Origin: an uncultured Acidobacteriaceae bacterium
GTDB lineage: Bacteria; Acidobacteriota; Terriglobia; Bryobacterales; Bryobacteraceae
Direction: 5' to 3'
Length of the DNA stretch: 64,000 bases
Assembly: GCA_963740005.1 (NCBI GenBank)
Contig: CAVUCO010000030.1
Location: 81,232-145,231, forward strand
Part shown: positions 41,070 to 52,249 of the stretch, piece by piece
How positions within the stretch are numbered: the stretch's first letter is position 1
Layout of the letters: the number at the start of each line of letters is the position of its first letter
Translations under genes and position numbers: made by a program
The notes under the pieces: model-generated
Database searches by the model: none
What the model was told of the DNA's origin: nothing
Seen by the model: only the letters and a program-made list of their open reading frames with translations

Positions 41070-42467
41070 CTAGCTGGCAGCGAGCTTCCGCTTGTTTTTC
41101 GAAGGGTGCCGGCGCTCCGCTCGGCTGAGGCCAGGATCGGTGGTTTCTAGATTCGCCAGTTCTTCCGGACGCCGCAGAGCCAGGAAGGCGGTGAGCAACA
41201 TGAGCGGCCAAACCTGCACAAACAGCCGGTTGAGCGACGTGCTGAGATACCAAGTGAGGTCGTTCGATGAAGTCAAATAGACCACGAAATATCCCGCCAG
41301 GAGCCCGAGCACCAACAGGCCGGCCAGCAGCACCGAAGTATTCTGGCGGCGATCGAGGCGTAGCACGAGGCCGAGCACCAGCACCGGAAGAATCGGATGC
41401 AGCCATCCGGCGCCGAGGTCCCAGAACTGGCGGAAAAAAGCCGCCGCGATAGTGCCCCAGCGCGAAAGATCGCTGAGATGCGCCAGCACCGGTGTGGCGC
41501 CATGCGGCGCCATGAACACTTGAAACAGCACGACCAGCAACAAGGGTAGGGCCGCACCCGCCAACACCCGAAGAACCTGCCTCCTTCGAAGTAGAAGTAG
41601 CAAGACCACAAAGATCAGAAAAAACAGTTGGCCCTCCTGCTTGGTCCAGGCCGCCATCGCCGCCAATACACCGGCCAGCGCGGGACGGTCCAGTAAGAGG
41701 AGAAGCACCGCTCCCAGGAAATAGGCCGCTAGCGGGACATCCGCATATTGAACCGCGACCTCATGCAGCATCGCTGGACACGCTATCAGGACAATGCCAA
41801 ACAGAAGACCGAGCGTGCGGCCGCGCAGCAGCGTGAATCCACCGGCGCCGATCGAAACCAGCGAAAGAAAGAACAGGTAGCCGGCCGCGATGGGTGCTGC
41901 GGGAGAAACGGACCCGCTCGCCTTCCAGGCGCTCGCCACCAGGCCGGAAAGAAGCAGAGGGTATTCGGGATGTGTCTCAACCAGTTGCGGCGACCAAGCC
42001 CGCCTCGCAATGTCAGCGTCGCCGGCCATGAACTTGGCGCGCAAGTTCCAGATGGACCATGCGTCCCAGTTGCCTTGTGGATTGTTATCCCATCCCGAAT
42101 AAAAGCCAGTGGTCGCCAGAAGCAAGGTGAGCAGCAGGATCCCGAACAGAACGAACGGGTAAAGCGGAGGCGCTGAAGGCGTGTCCCGCGGGGCGTCCGC
42201 GGCGACTGCCGGCTGCCGGCTGAAGACAATCATCGCCGCCCCGACCGCAGCGACCTCCAGACCAATCAGGATCCACACCGTTTGCCCCAGCCAGGCGCAA
42301 ATAAACGTGAACAGCAGGGAGGAAGCGCCGAACCCAATCAGGGTCCCGGTGCCCAGAAGAACCAGCCACCCAGCCCAATGAGGACGAACGCGGATCAAGC
42401 CGGTTGTGGCAGCGAGCGCCAGGCATCCGGCGGCTGCGGCCAGAAGCAGAATCAGAATCGAGATCAT
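41070..42467 (-). CDS. Polytopic membrane protein, GT-C/PMT-like glycosyltransferase
   Basis: WDAWSIW, HPEYP, YAD and KQEG motifs; ATGA coupling to the upstream gene. Confidence 0.7.
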   Translation of the reverse strand: MISILILLLAAAAGCLALAATTGLIRVRPHWAGWLVLLGTGTLIGFGASSLLFTFICAWLGQTVWILIGLEVAAVGAAMIVFSRQPAVAADAPRDTPSAPPLYPFVLFGILLLTLLLATTGFYSGWDNNPQGNWDAWSIWNLRAKFMAGDADIARRAWSPQLVETHPEYPLLLSGLVASAWKASGSVSPAAPIAAGYLFFLSLVSIGAGGFTLLRGRTLGLLFGIVLIACPAMLHEVAVQYADVPLAAYFLGAVLLLLLDRPALAGVLAAMAAWTKQEGQLFFLIFVVLLLLLRRRQVLRVLAGAALPLLLVVLFQVFMAPHGATPVLAHLSDLSRWGTIAAAFFRQFWDLGAGWLHPILPVLVLGLVLRLDRRQNTSVLLAGLLVLGLLAGYFVVYLTSSNDLTWYLSTSLNRLFVQVWPLMLLTAFLALRRPEELANLETTDPGLSRAERRHPSKNKRKLAAS

Positions 42468-42904
42468 CGAGTGACCGCTCCGCGCCGGTACAGCACCACT
42501 CCGTTGCCGTAGTCCTGGACAAGTTGCAACCCCTTCCCTGCTCCAATGGCACGGAAGTCGAGAGCCTTCGAGAAGTTGCCGATGACCCACTCCTGCGCAG
42601 TACCGGGCTGCAGCAGCCGCGGCGCCAGTGTGTATTGCGCCGTGCGAAAGATGATCGGTGCGGAACGGTCCTTTGGTTCGAGGTCCGTCAGGTAGCCCAC
42701 CACGGCGGAAGGCGGCAGCACGTCCATAACGCCGCGAAAGCGTTCGGTTTGCGCTTGTACCTGAAACGGATCGCGAGTTCGCGGTTGAAAGTCGCGTTCA
42801 AACTGATCGACCACGAAGACGATGACCACGGCAAGCGCGGCGGCAACGAGCACGCCGGTTCGTACAAGGGCCGGGTAATGGACACGAGTCTCTACTGAGG
42901 GCAC
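42464..42904 (-). CDS. Hypothetical membrane-anchored protein
   Basis: N-terminal TM; QY.LAPR motif; coupled to the GT-C gene. Confidence 0.7.
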   Translation of the reverse strand: MPSVETRVHYPALVRTGVLVAAALAVVIVFVVDQFERDFQPRTRDPFQVQAQTERFRGVMDVLPPSAVVGYLTDLEPKDRSAPIIFRTAQYTLAPRLLQPGTAQEWVIGNFSKALDFRAIGAGKGLQLVQDYGNGVVLYRRGAVTR

Positions 42905-42940
42905 GATTCTGTATTGTAGAGCGTCGGTACCCGGCGCAAC

Positions 42941-43882
42941 TCAATACTTGCTGATGTGAATGCTTCCGGTGCTGGTGTGAAGTTCAATCAGCGGGCCGCC
43001 GCTGCCGAATTTGCCGGTCAGGCGATGTTTCGACTGTTCCTCGACCGCAAACGGAATCACCTCGTTCGTAATGTTGGAAACGGAGTTTCTCGCCTCCAGG
43101 CGCGCGTTCGGCGACTCGGGAAGGCGCAGGGTGATGGAGCCATTTGTGGACGAGGCCGTCACTTCGTTGTCGTTCAGCGCGCCCAGCGCCAGCGTCACGG
43201 AGCCGTTGGTGGTCTGGGCACGCAACGGATCGCCTTGTTTCGTCTTGCGCAGCGTCACGTCGATAGCGCCATTCGAGGTGCTGGCGTTGATGGACCCTGA
43301 AGCGAGCTGCCCTTTCACGCTACCGTTGGTGGTGTGAGCGCGCATCGCTCCCTGGCAGGTATCGAGCTCAATGCCTCCGTTGGTGGTTTCCAACTGGTAA
43401 TCCCCGTTGACTCGCGCGAGAAGTACCCGGCCGTTGGTACTCTCCACCATTCCTCCGCCGTCGATGTCTTCCACTGTGATGCCGCCGTTGGTGGTCTTAA
43501 TGCGGCTCAAGGTAGTGGCCTTCGGCACGCGGATCAGGAACTTCGCGCCATAACCGCCGCCCCAATTCATGGAATCCGCCCGGTTGACCTTCACGTAGGC
43601 AACGCCGCCATCAACGTGGAAGTCGACCTTGATCCGGTCCATCTGCTCTTTCGAGGGAGCGTATTTGGTGCCGGAGACGTCGATGGTGTTGCGGTCCCAC
43701 GAGGCAACATCGAGGCTGCCGTTGAAGTTCTCCACCTCCAGGCGCCCGTTCGGCTGGAACGCCTGGGAAAAGTGAAAGTCCTCCCGATAGCGGTCAAACT
43801 GCCCCAAGTCGCCGCAGCCGGCCAGGGAGCACGTCCCAGCCGCTAGAAGACTGAAGATCAGCAGGTTTTGGGCTTTATTCAC
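42941..43882 (-). CDS. DUF4097 beta-strand repeat lipoprotein
   Basis: Lipobox LAGC; many T(T/S)NG repeats; GTG start after GGAGG. Confidence 0.88.
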   Translation of the reverse strand: MNKAQNLLIFSLLAAGTCSLAGCGDLGQFDRYREDFHFSQAFQPNGRLEVENFNGSLDVASWDRNTIDVSGTKYAPSKEQMDRIKVDFHVDGGVAYVKVNRADSMNWGGGYGAKFLIRVPKATTLSRIKTTNGGITVEDIDGGGMVESTNGRVLLARVNGDYQLETTNGGIELDTCQGAMRAHTTNGSVKGQLASGSINASTSNGAIDVTLRKTKQGDPLRAQTTNGSVTLALGALNDNEVTASSTNGSITLRLPESPNARLEARNSVSNITNEVIPFAVEEQSKHRLTGKFGSGGPLIELHTSTGSIHISKY

Positions 43883-44054
43883 GTTGCCTCCAATCCTATC
43901 CAACTCCCTTAAGTACGCAGGGAGGGACCGCGTTGTTCCCGTGAAGTGGTGCGGGCCCGCCGGCAGGGCGCCATAAACTTGATCCCCCTCATCGGCGGTT
44001 CATTTCGCAAATTACCCCGCGCATTCTAAACTAAAAGGAACGCTGGTTTGACGT

Positions 44055-45308
<1,254 letters not shown>

Positions 45309-45349
45309 ACGCCGAAAGCTTATCAGGCCAGGTAAGGCTGTTGCACTAC

Positions 45350-45613
45350 TCATGCGGCCTGACGCTTCCATTTATCGATGAAGGCATCAATGTCCTCACG
45401 TTGAAAGCGAAGCACCTTGCCGAACTTCGTGCAAGGCAGCAGCGGCCGCCGGTTCCCGTTGGCGTGAGCGCGTACCCACTGTTCGCTCACGCGCAACCAC
45501 GCGGCGACTTCCACCACGGTGAGAAGCGCCAAGGGCGAAGCCGACTGGTCGGACTCCGCGTCGCGGATGGATGATCGCCGATCGGCAATCGAGACAACGT
45601 TAGAAGGTTTCAT
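45350..45613 (-). CDS. Excisionase-like HTH protein
   Basis: LLTVVEVAAWLRVS...KFGKVLRF..EDI; adjacent to the integrase. Confidence 0.85.
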   Translation of the reverse strand: MKPSNVVSIADRRSSIRDAESDQSASPLALLTVVEVAAWLRVSEQWVRAHANGNRRPLLPCTKFGKVLRFQREDIDAFIDKWKRQAA

Positions 45614-45957
45614 GGTTCGGGTGGCGCGGATCGGCGCTCCTCCTTCTATCAGTGTGAACCCCAGTTGGTAGGCTTAGTAGCGCTTTGCCAGTCTGCTCAG
45701 TAGGTTAGGTCTTAAGCTAAATTCTTCCTCGCTCCTCGCGAATCGGCAGTTGGGTTAGATTGAATGCCAAAGCGCACTTCGAAGGGGTGGCGACTTGTCG
45801 GTCATGTGGTCACCGTCGACGGCGTTTCCAGGGAGTAATCTCCCATAAGAGGACTTCCAAGGTGCGGCACCGGCAAATCGGCGGCTTCGACGTCTTTCGT
45901 CAAGGTTGATGTGACGCGGACTCGACTGAAACGCATTGACCGGAATGCCGTTCTGGC

Positions 45958-46848
45958 TCAACCGACCTCAACGACACCGCAGTGAACCGGCTCATCTCGC
46001 TGATCGAGCAGGTACCCCCCTGCTGGGTCAACCCGGTGTCGTCCGTCCGGCAGAAAAGTGCTCGATGACACGTAGAATTGGATCAGTCCACGCTGCACCG
46101 GAACGGCCTCGACCGTGAGGGAGTGGGTGACCATGGGACCCCACCCTGACATAGCCTTGTAAATGAAGGATTCAGCGATCGTATAGTCCAGAATGACCTG
46201 CTTCGACTTCCACGGCTGTCCTGTCACTCCAACCCTGGAATTGGGTAGAGATGACTTGACGATTTTCACGTCGATCATCCCGAAGGGAAATGACAGAGAA
46301 AAGTAGGCCGTGTCTGCCACGTGACCGAAGTTTCGGGCTTTCGCTGTGATTCGGATCGGCTGATTGAGGACTGCGTTCTTAGGATAATCCAGGTCTGAAA
46401 TCCGAATATCTGGACCGTCCAAAGTCGGGTCCGCTCGCCACGATCCTCGTTCCGGCACCGTCTGTAGGCTTCTCTTGATATACTCGCGAAGCTTCTTGCG
46501 AAGCTCGTCGAGGTGGTCCGTCGAATACCGGAGATATCTTATGCCTCGAACGTCGAATGGGACTGCAGATCCTTCTTGTACCAAGACGATGACCTCCTTA
46601 CGTAGTGCATGTGACAAGCCAAGTTCATAGTAGACGTTGGGATTCTGGTCGGTAATGTCCGAGATTAAAAATCTCGCTTTTTGTATCTGCTCAAAAATAT
46701 CGTCGGTGATCCGGTTCGATTGCGCAATCTCGTCGGCACGATCACATTTGCAATTTGCGTAGTCCTCCACTACGCTCTTGAGGACCGAGTATACGTTCTC
46801 AAACGCACTCGCGAACGGCATCAACACAAAGCATTTGGTGGGATGCAT
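45958..46848 (-). CDS. NDT/TIR-like domain fused to CARDB/Ig-like domain
   Basis: CFVLMPF, RAD, NPNVYYELG and PFD; C-terminal PDIRISDLDYP...ITAKARNFG. Confidence 0.75.
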   Translation of the reverse strand: MHPTKCFVLMPFASAFENVYSVLKSVVEDYANCKCDRADEIAQSNRITDDIFEQIQKARFLISDITDQNPNVYYELGLSHALRKEVIVLVQEGSAVPFDVRGIRYLRYSTDHLDELRKKLREYIKRSLQTVPERGSWRADPTLDGPDIRISDLDYPKNAVLNQPIRITAKARNFGHVADTAYFSLSFPFGMIDVKIVKSSLPNSRVGVTGQPWKSKQVILDYTIAESFIYKAMSGWGPMVTHSLTVEAVPVQRGLIQFYVSSSTFLPDGRHRVDPAGGYLLDQRDEPVHCGVVEVG

Positions 46849-47264
46849 TCGGCTTCCCTCTGAGGCGAACACAAGCGGCATCAGGGTTAGCGTACCACCG
46901 GTTCCTGACCGCGCCTCTCGTAAAGCACCCTCCGTTTTCAAAACGGGCGCGCGACCAGCAATCGATCTCTGAGATTTCGGCTGACGGGAAACATTAAGGC
47001 CTGTAAAGTTTTCAATTTTGTTTTTGCGAAAAAAAGCTCGGAATTTAGAAACGGCCGTCAGCACCTTCGAGAACGGCCACCCGGGCCATTTCGGATACGG
47101 CACTCTTTCCACCAAGCGATCGCCCGACGGAATGTTACTTGGGCCGTGTAACAGTCGAGTCAGCGGGGGACATTGCTCGCGGATCCAAATACACATTTAG
47201 TAAGAAAGTAGGATCAAAAGGCTTTACTAGGCTGCTATTTCCATATACCATGGACCTACAGTAT

Positions 47265-47957
47265 ATGAAGCAAGCTATCGGGTACATCAGAGTTAGCTCG
47301 GAAGAACAGAGCCGCGAAGGGGTCAGCCTCGACGCTCAGGAAGCGCGGATCCGCGCTTACGCGGTCATGCGGGGGCTTGATCTGGTGGCGATCTATCGCG
47401 AGGAAGGCGTATCAGCCAAGATCCCACTTCGCGCCCGTCCTGAGGGACGCAAGGTGGTTGAACTGCTGGCTAAGAAGAAAGCTCAGCACGTCATAGCGGT
47501 CAAACTGGACAGGCTCTTCCGCAACACGGCCGATGCGCTAGAACAGTCTTCGTCTTGGGACAAGAGCAAGTGTGCGTTGCACGTCGTCGACATGGGCGGT
47601 TCGGCGATCGATACCACTAGCGCCATGGGGCGGATGTTCTTCACGATGGCGGCCGCGTTCGCTGAGATGGAACGCAACATGATCAGCGAGCGTACGCGCG
47701 CTGCGCTGGGTCACAAGCGAGATACGGGCAAGGCATACACACGTATCACGCCGCTAGGCTACGATCGCGTAGACGGGGCTCTGGTGGCCAATGAAGACGA
47801 GGCAGCCACAGTGAGCCGCGTTCTGGAGCTAAAGCAGGGTGGTTTAAGCATGGGGCGCATCGCAGAGGCGTTGAATGCTGCCGGCACGGCGACGAAGAAG
47901 GGCGGTAAGTGGCACGCGGTGACGGTGCAGAAGATACTACGACGCAACGCTGCGTAG
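47265..47957 (+). CDS. Serine recombinase (resolvase plus recombinase DNA-binding domain)
   Basis: YIRVSSEEQ, KLDRLFRN, AEMER..ISERT and PLGY...IA..LN motifs. Confidence 0.93.
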   Translation: MKQAIGYIRVSSEEQSREGVSLDAQEARIRAYAVMRGLDLVAIYREEGVSAKIPLRARPEGRKVVELLAKKKAQHVIAVKLDRLFRNTADALEQSSSWDKSKCALHVVDMGGSAIDTTSAMGRMFFTMAAAFAEMERNMISERTRAALGHKRDTGKAYTRITPLGYDRVDGALVANEDEAATVSRVLELKQGGLSMGRIAEALNAAGTATKKGGKWHAVTVQKILRRNAA

Positions 47958-47963
47958 GGAATC

Positions 47964-48221
47964 ATGCCGAAGATCGTAAAGCGCGGGGCGACGGCTAAGA
48001 GGCTCTCGAAGCCTCAGAGCGTCAAGATCAGTGTGAGCCTCTACCCGTCTGACATCGAGCGGCTAGACCAGATTAAGCGGTTCATGATGGATAACGGCGT
48101 CCGGAACATCACCGACAGCTCAGCGTTACGCTTGGCGTGCCGGACAGTTGAGCTAGGCCCGAAGCTAGTACGCGTCTATGAGGCGATGCGGTCTGAGGAC
48201 GGAAGACGCAGCGAGGAATGA
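47964..48221 (+). CDS. Small RHH/CopG-like DNA-binding protein
   Basis: KISVSLY strand followed by two helices (S.ALR). Confidence 0.55.
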   Translation: MPKIVKRGATAKRLSKPQSVKISVSLYPSDIERLDQIKRFMMDNGVRNITDSSALRLACRTVELGPKLVRVYEAMRSEDGRRSEE

Positions 48222-48228
48222 GCTTGGC

Positions 48229-48735
48229 TCAGTCGAGTACGAAGTCTTCGGCAGGAATCGGCGTGAGTTCAATGACGGGCTTTTGCGATGGAAGGTCTTG
48301 GTTGAAGTGCGGATTCGGCCCATCCGAGCTTAGCCTCGTCTGTTCAGCAAGTGCGAACGCCAAAATTTCAGCGGCTTCCAGAGCCTTCGGGTCCAGCATT
48401 AAGGTGTGGATCACCGAGGTTTCGACCTGGACTTGTGCAGAGCTGTTCATCTGGACCGTGCTTAGTTTCGGGTAGGAAAGTTTGCAGACCGAATCCCACG
48501 CACGGCAAGCGACATCCAGTAAACCGGCGTCTGATGCTCGCCGCGCGATGTCGATTAGTTCCTGTACGGGGTTTATGGCTGTCGAATCGAGCCACTCTCT
48601 TACGGATCGCTTGATGACCCTTAGATCGGTGCGCAGTCGTTCGGGGTTTTCTTCCTGGGGTAACAGGGCGTTTCTTTCGCGCATCTCGCGCTGGCCTCGC
48701 TGGAGCCGGGTTTCGGCAGGGGTTTCGTTTCTCAT
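48229..48735 (-). CDS. Hypothetical protein, small-terminase-like
   Basis: NPVQELIDIA...A..A...YPKLSTVQ pattern; GAGG RBS. Confidence 0.5.
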   Translation of the reverse strand: MRNETPAETRLQRGQREMRERNALLPQEENPERLRTDLRVIKRSVREWLDSTAINPVQELIDIARRASDAGLLDVACRAWDSVCKLSYPKLSTVQMNSSAQVQVETSVIHTLMLDPKALEAAEILAFALAEQTRLSSDGPNPHFNQDLPSQKPVIELTPIPAEDFVLD

Positions 48736-48878
48736 AAAATCCTCAGTGTTTTCAATGACTCAGTTCCCGGGAAAATTGAGTTAGCGCGGGTTATACCCCT
48801 CGCTTGGGGCACTTCCCATGGTTCATGCACGCTCTGCGACCTCGGCAGGCCGCGCGGCCCGTTAGCAGGGGGGGCGAG

Positions 48879-49192
48879 TCCCGACGTGCTCCCGACGTCT
48901 TCCCGACAATTGTTGAGCTTGTCGGGAGCGCTTATCCATAACAAGCTACACGAGTTAGTGCCTCGCTCCCGACACTCCCGACAGATTTGGGGTAAGAGAG
49001 AGGTATATATTTCTCTTACTCTCGCACTCTCTCTTACTCCCATCCCAATGCAGGGGTCGCGCACGAGTCTCTTATTCTTTCCATTTCTGTAGGGAGTGTA
49101 GGGAGAGACCCCCTAACCCCCTGCAACCCCCTGCATTTAGCTGCTCCCGACATGCCTCGTTTCATGTCGGGAGCTTGTCGGGAGTGTCGGGA
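48879..49192. repeat. Iteron array, putative replication origin
   Basis: Ten TCCCGAC/GTCGGGA copies around an AT/CT-rich core, directly downstream of the replicase. Confidence 0.75.
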
Positions 49193-49209
49193 GTTGCGAT
49201 CGTCGATCG

Positions 49210-51810
49210 TCACGCGGCGCGCTGCCACAGTTCCGACTGCTCTCCCTGCTCCTCTTCTGTATCGCCCTCGTCGAGTATCTCCCCTTTGAGGACGTGCACG
49301 CGCATCTCCCCAACTTCTGGCACGTTGCGCTTAACCTTCAGATTTCGCCCGTCTGTCAACAGCAGCTTACGCTCGGCCAACTCTTTCGCGACCGAAGTAG
49401 CGTCGAGACCTTTGCAGATTTCGTCGCGCCACGGCTCGGGTAAAATCCAAAACTCCCATTTACCTGGTGGCTTTTCGCGCTTGTAACCGAGCCGGTTGAC
49501 TGAGCGCAGCTCAAACTCCTGCCCATGCTCGTTGATTCCCACACCCTGAAACCGACTACTACTGCCGTGCAGTTGTATGAAAAGTCGTACCTGCTTTACA
49601 CCCCGCTCAGCATCGAACCCACCCTTAGTGCCGCGCCCGGCGAGCCATGCCTTAAAGCATATTCGCGCGGCCCTCAGCGCTTCGCGCTCGGGCCAGCCTG
49701 TAATCCCCCTCGCAGCCTCCCCGGCCGCGCCTATGACCGCGAACAGGCCCGCCACGCGCCCAACCTCAGCGCTCATCTCACCGCGCTCTTGCATGAAGCT
49801 AGCGACGTCCCGTTTAATCTCGTCGACGATCGTCGATCCGCGAGCCGCAAGCAGCTCCAACCAGGCCACGAACGCGGTGCCGTAATTCTCGCTGGCAGCC
49901 CGGTTCAGCTCCTCCGCGAAGTCCCGCGCATTCATGCCATCAGGCAACTTCTCGAACAATCCAAAGCCGGCGCCCGCGTCTGCTGGCAAATCAATCAGTC
50001 TCAATTCTTGGCCGCCTAGAGTTGAAGCGTGCTGTCCAGGGCCGTCCGCTACCGCTTCGCTAAGACTCTTTTCACCGCTAGAAAGAAACAACAAATTCCA
50101 TTCAGCAACGGGACGCTGGCTAATATCTGGACGCATGCGGGCTTTGCCGCTTCCGTTGCTCAGCATGTAGGCGGTTTGGCCGATTGACTTCGGATCGGCT
50201 TCGCCAATCTCATCCAACGCGAGCAAGCAGTGGTTGTGTCCCAGCGCAACACCTTCCAGCGCGTTGCCCGTCGCGCGCCAACTCTTGACGAAACCCGTAG
50301 CGCCACCACCCAACACGCTACCTGCGATCTTCAAGGCCGTGGTTTTCCCGCAACTCGTGACGCCCCGATAGTGGATTCCGAGCCCGTTACTACCGAGTAG
50401 GTGGAGCGCGGGTGCGGCGAACGCCGCTGATACTCCGAGTACCAACCTTGAGTTGCCCGCACATCGAGCCGCGATCGTCGAGCGCCAATTGTCAGCGGTT
50501 CCCAACGTGTTGAAGGAGTGCGGCAGCCCTTGTCCTTGGTAAACGATTTGCTCCTCACCGGCTGGATTCGCGCCTATGACGCGATCCGGTAGAACAAACT
50601 GATCGCCGTGCCAACCAATTCTGGAAACGAGCGTCCGTCGCGCTTCCGTTGAAGCGCTCTTTAGATACTCTACAAATAGCCGCTCAGCCTCTGACGTGGC
50701 TTCGATTTCCAAGCCGGATTCTACAAAGCGCGAGAGGACGTCTTTAGCAGGTTGATATAACAAACTGCTAGGGACGAGAAGTTCTACATCTCGCCCGTCA
50801 CGATTCCGAATCCTGAATAGTTTTGACCAACCCTTCGAATGTTCGTCACGGACTTCACTTAAAAGTTCAACCGACCCTGAAATGCGGATTTCACGCTCTT
50901 CATCGTTCGCATACACCCCTGACGTATCGACTCGAAATGCTGTAGGCGTTATCGTTTTCCGCTTTGATTTGTGAAGTTCCGGATCGAAGGACTCAAGAGA
51001 CTCTTTCGCTTCGCTTAGTGTGTACGGATCTTTGCTCAGCGGTGATTCCTTGTTGATCTCGGCGACGATCTCAGGTAACTTCGCGGCGATGTCCGCCTTC
51101 GTGTGGTTGTCCTTCACACAAGCCGGAAACAGCTCCCGAAAAACCGTGTCATTCCTTCCCTCTCCGTCGCGGACAGCAGGGAGTATGTCTTCAAGGTGTT
51201 CCAGAACCGCGCGCTTGGGTAAAGCCTTTGATTTACGTCGACTCTCAATCAACTCCAAGAGTACGGCAGGGGGTAAGTCCAGTGTGTTTATTTGGCTCCG
51301 TGGTACGTCAGTCAGTTTAATTGAACCATATCCCCACTCATACGGTTTTCCACTCGCATGAATGGAAGGAGCTACAACAACGTAGCGATCTCCGTGCCAG
51401 ACTTCCAGTCCAGGGTAATCCTTCACGGCACCCTGATGCTTGATCTGGCGGCCGGGCATTCGAAAGAAGATGTGACGGCCCCCACCCCCCGACCGCTCCC
51501 AGCACTGGTAGACGTTTTGCCCGTGCTCCGCGTGAAATCGCTTAAGGGATGCGAGACCGTCGCCTCCCCCCGGCTTCATGTCTACGTCAAGGAGGAACAA
51601 ATCTCTCAGCAGTACGCCCACGTTTGCGTCGGGCCAGGTCTCCCACCAATCACGAATTGTTGCTTCGTTCGTAGTGGCATCTTTCAGACCGTTGTCGGTA
51701 TACGGGGGCTTCTTGCCCTTAGGGTCGTTCCTTTTGACCGGCAGTACCTGCCATCCTTGCCGGGCCAATTCAAGTGCGGCGCTAAGCACCGCCTTTTGTG
51801 CTTCGTTCAT
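49210..51810 (-). CDS. Prim-Pol + DUF927 helicase replication protein
   Basis: Prim-Pol motifs (WWETWPDANVG, LDVD, GRHIFF, VVAPSIH); RIGWH, Walker A GVTSCGKTT, LDE and NGSGKAR. Confidence 0.9.
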   Translation of the reverse strand: MNEAQKAVLSAALELARQGWQVLPVKRNDPKGKKPPYTDNGLKDATTNEATIRDWWETWPDANVGVLLRDLFLLDVDMKPGGGDGLASLKRFHAEHGQNVYQCWERSGGGGRHIFFRMPGRQIKHQGAVKDYPGLEVWHGDRYVVVAPSIHASGKPYEWGYGSIKLTDVPRSQINTLDLPPAVLLELIESRRKSKALPKRAVLEHLEDILPAVRDGEGRNDTVFRELFPACVKDNHTKADIAAKLPEIVAEINKESPLSKDPYTLSEAKESLESFDPELHKSKRKTITPTAFRVDTSGVYANDEEREIRISGSVELLSEVRDEHSKGWSKLFRIRNRDGRDVELLVPSSLLYQPAKDVLSRFVESGLEIEATSEAERLFVEYLKSASTEARRTLVSRIGWHGDQFVLPDRVIGANPAGEEQIVYQGQGLPHSFNTLGTADNWRSTIAARCAGNSRLVLGVSAAFAAPALHLLGSNGLGIHYRGVTSCGKTTALKIAGSVLGGGATGFVKSWRATGNALEGVALGHNHCLLALDEIGEADPKSIGQTAYMLSNGSGKARMRPDISQRPVAEWNLLFLSSGEKSLSEAVADGPGQHASTLGGQELRLIDLPADAGAGFGLFEKLPDGMNARDFAEELNRAASENYGTAFVAWLELLAARGSTIVDEIKRDVASFMQERGEMSAEVGRVAGLFAVIGAAGEAARGITGWPEREALRAARICFKAWLAGRGTKGGFDAERGVKQVRLFIQLHGSSSRFQGVGINEHGQEFELRSVNRLGYKREKPPGKWEFWILPEPWRDEICKGLDATSVAKELAERKLLLTDGRNLKVKRNVPEVGEMRVHVLKGEILDEGDTEEEQGEQSELWQRAA

Positions 51811-52048
51811 GTGAAGGTTTCCAAATGTATGTTGTGCTTTTTGAAAGCACGAAAGCGCCTAAAGCTTTTTGTCCATAGGCGCCTTCTTTCTGATGCTTGA
51901 ATCCAAGCACCTCCCCAGCTTTCGCCGGATCGCGGCACGAAACCTTTCGGACTCGGTGCCACCCCAATCTACCTCGGCTCATGTTGGATTTCTAATGGCC
52001 TCTCCTAACGAGCGGTTTAGATTCAATCCTTTGCGGGAGTTCGAGTAC

Positions 52049-52249
52049 TTAAGCTTTCCGACGTGCTGAGCGGCGATCGGCGAGCGGGCAACTGCCGTCC
52101 GATATCGTGGTCGGGCGCGCCGTGTCGTAGAGCCATATAAGGCAAAGTCGAGCACATAGCGCCCGTTTGCGGATCGGTTCAAGCGGATCAGACGCGATCG
52201 TGAGTAGACTGCGTAGTGCTTCCGCTTGCGACTCAGTCAACTCATTCAT
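52049..52249 (-). CDS. Small hypothetical protein
   Basis: ATGA overlap with the upstream gene. Confidence 0.5.
   Translation of the reverse strand: MNELTESQAEALRSLLTIASDPLEPIRKRALCARLCLIWLYDTARPTTISDGSCPLADRRSARRKA

Noticed and set aside
46849-47196. N-terminal extension of the 412-aa ORF
   Set aside because: The domain begins at MHPTKCF; the upstream part looks like divergent intergenic DNA.
48879-49192. CRISPR array
   Set aside because: 7-bp repeats in both orientations with irregular spacing, and no cas genes.
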